DNA from: Planctopirus limnophila DSM 3776
Lineage (GTDB): Bacteria; Planctomycetota; Planctomycetia; Planctomycetales; Planctomycetaceae
Length of the DNA: 32,000 bases
Assembly: GCF_000092105.1 (NCBI RefSeq)
Contig: NC_014148.1
Coordinates: 3,060,001-3,092,000 of the forward strand
Direction of reading: 5' to 3'
Position 1 is the stretch's first letter; each line of letters opens with the position of its first letter. The translations under genes and the position numbers were made by a program. Below are positions 7,262 to 14,071 of this stretch, in pieces. Under the pieces are notes generated by a model. It saw only the letters and a list, made by a program, of their open reading frames with translations. It searched no databases and was not told the origin of the DNA.

Positions 7262-8362
7262 TTAACCAGCGGCCTTGAGAGGATTGCCGGCGCCCTCGGC
7301 CATCAATTTTTCAAGTTCAGCCAACCTCTTGGCCATGGCCCGCATTTCTTCCCGCATTTCGGGAACTCGCTTGAGCGTGAAGACGAGTCGCTTCTGTTCG
7401 GCTTCCGGGCTCGCGGGGTAACCAATCCAGGTTTCACCGTCGGGCACATTGCGATGCACACCGGCCTTGGCACCAACCATGCAACCTGTGCCCATGTGTG
7501 TGTGATCTTTCACACCCACCTGGCCACCCAGCCGGACATAATCGCCCGTGCTGCAGGAACCTGCGAGACCCACTTGAGCAGCAAAGACGTTGTTCCGGCC
7601 CACGCGGCAGTTGTGACCAATCATGACCATGTTGTCGATCTTGGTACCAGCACCGATGACAGTGGCATCGACAGCACCTCGGTCGATCGTCGCGCCAGCT
7701 CCAATTTCCACATCACTTTCGATAATCACACCACCCAGTTGTGGCACCTTGATAAATCGACCCTGCTCAAAACGATAGCCAAAACCATCGGCACCCAGGA
7801 CCGCATTCGCATGAATGATGACGCGATCGCCCAGCGAAACTTCATGATAAAGCACAGCGTTCGAATAGATCTGGCAATCTCGCCCCAGACGCGAACCGGC
7901 TCCAATACTGGCACCTGGATGGATATCGCAGTCATCGCCAATGATGACGTCTTCACCAATATAGGCACCAGGCCCAATGGCACAGTTTTCGCCAATCCGG
8001 GCTGTGGAACTGATAAAGGCCGAAGGAGAAATGCCTCGCTTCAAGCGACTGCGAATGATACGGAAGAGTGGCAGCACCTGGAGAAAAGCGGCCTGAGGAT
8101 CTTCCACTTCAAGAAGTACAAGTCGAGGATAATCCGCATTGACGCGGGCGGATTGTGAGGGGTGAATGACCACCGCAGACGCACTGGTTTCCTTCAACCG
8201 GCTGATATGACGGTCTTCGGAAAGGAAGGTCAGCTCACCAGACTTGGCCTGTTCAATCGCTGCGGCACCGGTCACAGGTTCCTGAGGAGTGGCCACGCAT
8301 CCGTCAAGCGTGACAATACGGGCGCCAATCAAAGAGGCGATGGACTCGATGGTATGAGCCAT
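7262..8362 (-). CDS. lpxD: UDP-3-O-acylglucosamine N-acyltransferase
   Basis: The 366-aa product has an LpxD-type N-terminal domain (IASLIGARIV ... ELTFLSE). This is followed by a long left-handed beta-helix of hexapeptide repeats (IGENCAIGPGAYIGEDVIIGDDCDIHPGASIGAGSRLG ... IGAGTKIDNMVMIGHNCRVG) and a C-terminal helical tail. Confidence 0.9.
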   Translation of the reverse strand: MAHTIESIASLIGARIVTLDGCVATPQEPVTGAAAIEQAKSGELTFLSEDRHISRLKETSASAVVIHPSQSARVNADYPRLVLLEVEDPQAAFLQVLPLFRIIRSRLKRGISPSAFISSTARIGENCAIGPGAYIGEDVIIGDDCDIHPGASIGAGSRLGRDCQIYSNAVLYHEVSLGDRVIIHANAVLGADGFGYRFEQGRFIKVPQLGGVIIESDVEIGAGATIDRGAVDATVIGAGTKIDNMVMIGHNCRVGRNNVFAAQVGLAGSCSTGDYVRLGGQVGVKDHTHMGTGCMVGAKAGVHRNVPDGETWIGYPASPEAEQKRLVFTLKRVPEMREEMRAMAKRLAELEKLMAEGAGNPLKAAG

Positions 8363-8558
8363 TCCGGCATCCTTTCCGGGTGGTGATCTTTAAAGACTTG
8401 AGAAATCTCAAGTAGAATTTACAAAATCTGGTTGTACCGAAAAATCCCCTGTGCCGACAAGGTCGATTCGTGTGACAATCTGGCAAACTCAGTGAAACCA
8501 GAGAATGTCGCCCTGGCAAACACATTCCCATCCTCACTGCACCTACTAAGGCGTCTTG

Positions 8559-11500
8559 ATGCTTGAGATTTTGACTGGCACTGGTGCCGCACGTCATCAG
8601 GAGGCACTGGCGCGCTATGCCAGTCATCTTGGTCAGGGTCTCGCAGACGGTCAATTGGGGACTGGCCTGTGGCTCACACCCTCGGCACGCACGCACTCGA
8701 AGACTTATCAGGCTTTGCTGGAATTACTGAAGGGCAAGATTGCCGCCCCCAACCTGCATACGTTTGAGTCGTTCTCTGAGATCATTCTGAGTCATGGGTC
8801 TGCGGCAGCGACTCCCATTACGCCATCCACGCAGTTTCTGCTGCTGTCACACGCGATCCAGACCGTCTATCAGCGGGGCGACTGCGAGGAGTTCAGCGCT
8901 GTCATCGAGACTCGGGGTTTGACAAAAATCGTCAGTGACTGGATTGCCGAGCTTAAGCGGGATGAAACGTGGCCTGAGGAATTTCTCAAAAGCTGCCAGC
9001 AGCAAAAAGGGGGCGCGACAGGCAAGGATCTGGCACTGGCGGCGATTTATCACGAATACCAGGCATTGCTCAATGCACGCGGCTGGTACGATCAGGAAGG
9101 TCGATCGTGGTTAGCTCGGGCAGCCGTCTCCCAGGGAGCCAGGGCACCTTTCGATCAGGTGCGGCTTGTGGTCTGCGATGGTTTCGTCGACTTCACGTGG
9201 ATTCAGTACGAGTTACTCGAGCAATTTGCGAGATGGAACGCCGACATTGTCATCACCTTGCCCGATGAATTCGCCAGCCAGCGGAATACGTCTTTTGATC
9301 GAAGCGAACTGTTTGCGATTCCTCGCCGAACACTTGAGATTCTGAAGTCGCGAATCAAACCCCTGCAAGAGATTCGAGTCCACTCGATATCGACAAATCC
9401 AGATCATGGAGCTGTTCCTACGGGAATCGAACAACTTGCACGGAATCTTTTTGGTAACCCGCGAATTGTCAGCCGATGTTCAACGGCTGCCGGGTTTGAT
9501 GCGATTGCTGCGGGTGGGCCGCATCGCGAGCTGGAGGCGGTCAGTCATCAGATCAAGAAGTGGCGTTCGAGTGGTTTTTTGGCCGAAGAGATCGTGGTTG
9601 TGGTTCGAGGCCTGGCGAGTGAAGCCTCGCGCTGGCTGGATCATTTCGAATTGGCGGGGATACCGGCTTATGCTCCTCAGGCCTCATCGCTGGAAAGCTG
9701 TCCCGTCGTGCGCTGGATGGCTCAACTGGTCAAACTGGAATTGAATGACTGGACGAGCCACGACCTGCGTCTGGTCGTCTCATCGACATTTTTTCGCCCT
9801 GCCCAGTTTCCCTCCAAAGCCAAGCGGGCCTTATTGGCGTGGCTGGCGAAATCACCCGCTTCGAGCCGCAAAATTCTTAGCTTGAAAGCCCGCGAACGGG
9901 CGGCAGATCCCAGCGCATTGACAACTGAGAAAGAGATCAATCACACGCTGGTCAGTCAGGGGTTGGAAACACTGCTGCGTGTGACCGAGAAACTCAGTAC
10001 ATCGCACAGCTTTGAAGGGTGGATTGATCTGTGGGCGGCGATCATCAGTCAATGGACACCCTTCTTGCCGGATTCATCAAACGATAGGGCAGATCGTGCG
10101 GATTGGGAACTTCTGCAAAGGATTCTCCGCCGGGTTTCTCGCTGCCGGGGGACATGGCAAGAGCCTTCCGAACGACTCAGTCTGCAGGCGTGGTGGAGCG
10201 AAGTCGAAGCCTGCCTGAGTGTGGAACGCAGTTTGCCTCCGGCTCCATCCCCAGGAATGATTTCGCTGATTGATCCGGCCCAGGCACGATTTCTCGATTC
10301 AGCGCGGTGCGTCGTGATTGTGGGTGCGACCGAACAGGCTTACCCGGCGGCAGATCATACCAATTGCCTTTACAGTCATGCCGAGCGTCAAAGCCTGATT
10401 GCAGCGGGTCTTCGGCTGGTACGGGAAGAGGATCATTCTTCCGAAGAGACGCTGCTTTTCTGGCAACTGGTCTCCATGGCCACGGAGAATCTGCTGATCA
10501 CCTATCCCGCGATCAATGCCAAAGGACAGGAGCTTTTTCCCAGCCCATTTGTGCTGGCGGCCTGCGACCTATTCACAAAAGACGTGCAGTTGCCCCGGCA
10601 TGTGGGATCGATCCATGTCATGCCGGAGCGGGAAGAGATTCATACCCGCCGGGACTTGCGCATTGTGGCGTTTGAGCAGGCGATGACAGGCCATGCGGGC
10701 TGGTGGAAGACGGGTTTGCTGGACACGACCGAGGGTCAGGCCTATCGGAATATGGCTCGCGGTCTCCCCATGCTGCAGGCTCGATATCGAACAGAAGGCT
10801 TTACTGAGTACGAGGGAATGCTCAACGAACCTGCTCTTCGCGAGGAGTTTGCGCGCCAATATGGGCCAGAGCATCAATTCAGCGTGACGAGATTAGAACT
10901 TTATGCCAATTGTCCGTTTCGATTCTGGATCGAAGAGGTGCTGGGACTCGCGCCACGTGAGACAAAGCAACTCTCGACGAATTACCTCATGAGAGGGACT
11001 GCTCTTCATAGTGCCTTAGCGTCCCTATTGGGAAGTGGCCGGCTGGCATTGGCTGATGAAGCGGAATTGAGCCGGATTTTTGCCGAACATGTGGCTGTCG
11101 AAATGCAGCGCCGGGCGAAAGGTTCTCCGCTGGCAGAAGCCATGGCCCGGCTGGATTCCCAGATTGTCAGTGCGTGGAGCGAACAATTTGCTGCGTCACA
11201 AAGAGAGTATCTGGAAACGATGGTCAGTGCCTGGGGAGGCATGCCCGAAACCACATTGCCGGAAGTTGCCTTTGGACAGGTTTACGATGATCACGGGGAG
11301 TTGATTCACGGGCCGTACCCTGCCCTGGAGATTTCGCGAGGCGGGCATCTGGTACGGCTGGGTGGCAAGATCGACCGGATTGATGCTCACAAACTTCCTA
11401 CTGGTGAGCAGTTCTTTTCGATTATCGATTACAAATCGGGCGGGGCGAGCCAATACCGGTTCGACGAAAAGGCTGTGCAGCAGGGATTGAGCCTGCAGCT

Positions 11501-11900
11501 GGTGGTCTATCTGCTGGCTGTAAAACGATTGAGAATGGCGGGAGATGATGCTGAAGCATGGCAGGCGGGCTTCTGGGGATTGCGAAAAGAAGGCCTCGTG
11601 GCAGGTTTGAAAGCCGGGAGGAAGTCCAAAGAATGGAATCGCCTCGATGAAGATTCTGTCCACCGGCTTGAAGAGGCTGTCCAGCAAAGTGTGATTGATC
11701 TGGCCATCAGTATTCGCAATGGTGAATTCATGGTCGATGGAGCGACCAAATTGAAACCCAGCCCTTGCAGCAGTCAATGTCCGACCGCGACAGTGTGCCG
11801 GGTGAAACAGCAGGTCGGCCTCGCGAAACAGCTCCATAAAATTCGGCCAGCACTGGATGCGCCGCGGGCGACCAGCCCTGTCGAAAGTCCAGCCTCCTGA
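8559..11900 (+). CDS. AddB/RexB-like helicase-nuclease subunit (PD-(D/E)XK nuclease with Fe-S cluster cysteines, degenerate ATP-binding site)
   Basis: Track ORF 8556..11900 (TTG); ATG at 8559. The N-terminus ILTGTGAARH is a Walker-A-like loop without the Lys. VVCDGFVDFTWIQYELL matches the AddB DGFxxFTxxE box. The C-terminal RecB-type nuclease motifs are GGKIDRID, IIDYKSG and QLVVYLLA. One Cys lies before the nuclease (YANCPFRFW) and three after it (PCSSQCPTATVC), as in the AddB 4Fe-4S staple. Confidence 0.65.
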   Translation: MLEILTGTGAARHQEALARYASHLGQGLADGQLGTGLWLTPSARTHSKTYQALLELLKGKIAAPNLHTFESFSEIILSHGSAAATPITPSTQFLLLSHAIQTVYQRGDCEEFSAVIETRGLTKIVSDWIAELKRDETWPEEFLKSCQQQKGGATGKDLALAAIYHEYQALLNARGWYDQEGRSWLARAAVSQGARAPFDQVRLVVCDGFVDFTWIQYELLEQFARWNADIVITLPDEFASQRNTSFDRSELFAIPRRTLEILKSRIKPLQEIRVHSISTNPDHGAVPTGIEQLARNLFGNPRIVSRCSTAAGFDAIAAGGPHRELEAVSHQIKKWRSSGFLAEEIVVVVRGLASEASRWLDHFELAGIPAYAPQASSLESCPVVRWMAQLVKLELNDWTSHDLRLVVSSTFFRPAQFPSKAKRALLAWLAKSPASSRKILSLKARERAADPSALTTEKEINHTLVSQGLETLLRVTEKLSTSHSFEGWIDLWAAIISQWTPFLPDSSNDRADRADWELLQRILRRVSRCRGTWQEPSERLSLQAWWSEVEACLSVERSLPPAPSPGMISLIDPAQARFLDSARCVVIVGATEQAYPAADHTNCLYSHAERQSLIAAGLRLVREEDHSSEETLLFWQLVSMATENLLITYPAINAKGQELFPSPFVLAACDLFTKDVQLPRHVGSIHVMPEREEIHTRRDLRIVAFEQAMTGHAGWWKTGLLDTTEGQAYRNMARGLPMLQARYRTEGFTEYEGMLNEPALREEFARQYGPEHQFSVTRLELYANCPFRFWIEEVLGLAPRETKQLSTNYLMRGTALHSALASLLGSGRLALADEAELSRIFAEHVAVEMQRRAKGSPLAEAMARLDSQIVSAWSEQFAASQREYLETMVSAWGGMPETTLPEVAFGQVYDDHGELIHGPYPALEISRGGHLVRLGGKIDRIDAHKLPTGEQFFSIIDYKSGGASQYRFDEKAVQQGLSLQLVVYLLAVKRLRMAGDDAEAWQAGFWGLRKEGLVAGLKAGRKSKEWNRLDEDSVHRLEEAVQQSVIDLAISIRNGEFMVDGATKLKPSPCSSQCPTATVCRVKQQVGLAKQLHKIRPALDAPRATSPVESPAS

Positions 11901-11927
11901 GCTGCCCGACGATGATCTGCGGACTGG

Positions 11928-12827
11928 ATGACTCCAACCGATACTTCTCGAAGACTCTTCTCAATGCCTGACAATCATGCGAATCGAAAGATCACGGGCC
12001 TGTGGGTCTCTCCGGAGGAGGCTTCGAATCTATATCAACGTTTCACTGCCTGGGGTGTCCAAGAGAATCTGGAATGGATCAAGGTCCACTCACTCTCGGA
12101 AGCCATTGATTACTGGCTAGGAAAGATCAAGCTCTCCGAATCACAAGTGGTGGAACTGATCGTTATTGAACAAACGACATCGGATGAATTTGAACCTGCA
12201 GAGGCCGACGAATTTTTAGCGGCTGTGCAGGCCTGTCAGGTGGTGGTGATTTACGGCCCCTGGTGTGAAGGGGATGGGCGGACTCGGAATATCTGGCCCC
12301 CGGCCCTGCGATGCCCTCAAGTCTGGGCGGATCGTTGGATCCAACAGATTCTCGATGCACTTCGAAATCGTGACATTGCACTCCCGTGGACCGCTTCACG
12401 AGAAGAAGTCATGCGCTGGATCTTGCCGAAAACCTGCACCAGCCATGCGATGAATACCGCCGGTTGGAAAGTGCTCTCGCCCGATGCGATCTGGCGGGAA
12501 TCGATGCAGTTGCTGCTCACGCCGGCAAATGGAAAACTTCAGAATTGTGCCGAGAAGGAAGCGTCGAAGAACATCTGGCTGGTCGATGCGGATGCCTGGA
12601 TCTGCCAGCAGACGAGCGATTCTCGATCGATCAGTGCTCGGGCAACATTCAAAGAGTATGCTGCCCTGCTCGCGGGCGAACTCCTGGCTGAGTCTACGGA
12701 AGTTGTCGCACTGACGGCCTGGCATGATGACTCAACTCGTCAATATCTCTTCAATCAGGGAGCAGATCGCGTCGTCTCCAAGCTGGCATTTCCTTTGAAC
12801 ACCAGTTTGGCGATCCGTCAGTCGTAA
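11928..12827 (+). CDS. hypothetical protein (possible degenerate receiver-like domains)
   Basis: The 299-aa ORF starts 28 nt after the AddB-like stop on the same strand; an alternative ATG is at 11964. No family recognised. The C-terminal VVALTAWHDDSTRQYLFNQGADRVVSKLAFP resembles the beta4-alpha4-beta5 region (xxxLTA ... GADDYLxKPF) of response-regulator receivers, but no acidic phospho-acceptor pocket is evident. Confidence 0.55.
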   Translation: MTPTDTSRRLFSMPDNHANRKITGLWVSPEEASNLYQRFTAWGVQENLEWIKVHSLSEAIDYWLGKIKLSESQVVELIVIEQTTSDEFEPAEADEFLAAVQACQVVVIYGPWCEGDGRTRNIWPPALRCPQVWADRWIQQILDALRNRDIALPWTASREEVMRWILPKTCTSHAMNTAGWKVLSPDAIWRESMQLLLTPANGKLQNCAEKEASKNIWLVDADAWICQQTSDSRSISARATFKEYAALLAGELLAESTEVVALTAWHDDSTRQYLFNQGADRVVSKLAFPLNTSLAIRQS

Positions 12828-12949
12828 CGACCGAAGTAACAGCAGATTCCCATCTGGCAGTCGGTTGAGAATTCCTCTGACTGGTGAACTTGTGACTGGT
12901 CAATCGGGGTGGATTCGCTCAAAATGACGGGGTGAGCGGATCCAGATCG

Positions 12950-12979
12950 CATGCTTGCTCAGAGCCGCAAGCATGGCAC
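12950..12979. repeat. 30-nt hairpin-forming repeat, copy 2 (REP-like)
   Basis: CATGCTTGCTCAGAGCCGCAAGCATGGCAC is 29/30 identical to 6226-6255; the single difference lies in the loop. It is intergenic. Confidence 0.8.
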
Positions 12980-13063
12980 GAACGCCGCAAACTTGGCAAG
13001 CGCGCCAGAAACAGGCACGCACGAAAGTGATCGTAAATTCTGGAATCGGTATTATGAATCTCG

Positions 13064-14032
13064 ATGGTCGCAAGCCCTGCGTCTTTGAAAGCCAGGTTCA
13101 TGTCTTTGATTGATCAAGCCGAACGATTGAAGCGGACCTGGACGGATCAGTACGTTCAAGTGCGCGAAGGGATCCCTGCGCTGACTCGTTTTCGCGGACT
13201 CACGGGCTGCGTGAAGACAGTGAATATGAACTGTCGCCTGCTCGTGGAATTCCAGCAGACGGTCGATATTTCGTGGTACGACATTGACCCCGCGCATGTG
13301 ATTCGCGTGGAAGCACCGAAGGTCGTTGAACCGGTCGCGACAACTCCACCTATCCCGGCGGCAGTCCCTCAACCGCCGGTCACTGCGGCACCGCCAGAAA
13401 CGACCAAAAGGCTCTCTCCGATCGAAATGATCCGTGCTCAGCAGGCGAAATCGGCAAATCAGAGCCACTCAGAGGGCACTGCTCCGCTCACGAAGCCGAC
13501 GGCGTCTTCATCACCGACATTAACTTCTCCACCGGTTCCCGCCAAGCCTCTGTCGCCGATTGAAATGATTCGGGCACAGCAGGCGAAATCCAAATCGTTA
13601 GAAGCATCAACTCCTCAGGTTCCGCCGAAAGAGGAACTGCCAGCGACTCCAGAAGAGCCGATGGCCCCTGCCGTTGTCACAGCGATCCCCCAAAAACTAT
13701 CGCCCATCGAGATGATTCGTGCACAGCAGGCGGCACGTGCAAAAGCAGACCCAGCGACGAACGCAGCTAAAAGTGGCTCGCCACTGGCAGCTGAAGAAAA
13801 GCTCAGCGAAACCGTTGCTCCACAAGCGGCAAAAAGCCCGATCGAACTGATTCGTGAACAACAAAAGCGGGCTCAGGCAGAGGTTCAAAAGCCGGAATCA
13901 CCAGTGAATCCTCAGGAAATGATAGATCCTCTGCCCGTAGCGAAACCACTCAGCCCGATGGAAATCATCCGTCAACAACAGGCAGCGAAACTGGCTAAAG
14001 AACAGGCCAGCCAGACGACTGCAGAAGACTGA
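13064..14032 (+). CDS. hypothetical Pro-rich protein with five LSPIEMIRAQQA-type repeats
   Basis: The 322-aa ORF has an alternative ATG at 13100 (MSLIDQAERL). A ~75-aa N-terminal globular part is followed by P/A/T-rich spacers. These separate the motifs RLSPIEMIRAQQAKS, PLSPIEMIRAQQAKS, KLSPIEMIRAQQAAR, KSPIELIREQQKRA and PLSPMEIIRQQQAAK. Coding is supported by synonymous-only differences between the repeats. Confidence 0.7.
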   Translation: MVASPASLKARFMSLIDQAERLKRTWTDQYVQVREGIPALTRFRGLTGCVKTVNMNCRLLVEFQQTVDISWYDIDPAHVIRVEAPKVVEPVATTPPIPAAVPQPPVTAAPPETTKRLSPIEMIRAQQAKSANQSHSEGTAPLTKPTASSSPTLTSPPVPAKPLSPIEMIRAQQAKSKSLEASTPQVPPKEELPATPEEPMAPAVVTAIPQKLSPIEMIRAQQAARAKADPATNAAKSGSPLAAEEKLSETVAPQAAKSPIELIREQQKRAQAEVQKPESPVNPQEMIDPLPVAKPLSPMEIIRQQQAAKLAKEQASQTTAED

Positions 14033-14071
14033 CTTCCCGTTTTACTAGACAACCAGAACCCATCGCGGATG

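Noticed and set aside
7454-8158. 234-aa ORF on the plus strand inside lpxD
   Set aside because: It is antisense to a gene with unmistakable LpxD hexapeptide repeats. Its translation is low-complexity (H/T/D-rich) with no recognisable motif, the typical shadow ORF of a repeat-rich gene.
8480-8521. CTGGCAAAC direct repeat (8480-8488 and 8513-8521) in the lpxD/AddB-like divergent region
   Set aside because: A single repeated 9-mer pair within a ~200-bp region is not far from chance expectation (rough estimate ~0.1), and there is no dyad symmetry.
11196-11837. 213-aa minus-strand ORF inside the AddB-like gene
   Set aside because: It overlaps the nuclease domain, whose motifs (GGKIDRID, IIDYKSG) read on the plus strand. 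Its own translation has no motifs and odd composition.
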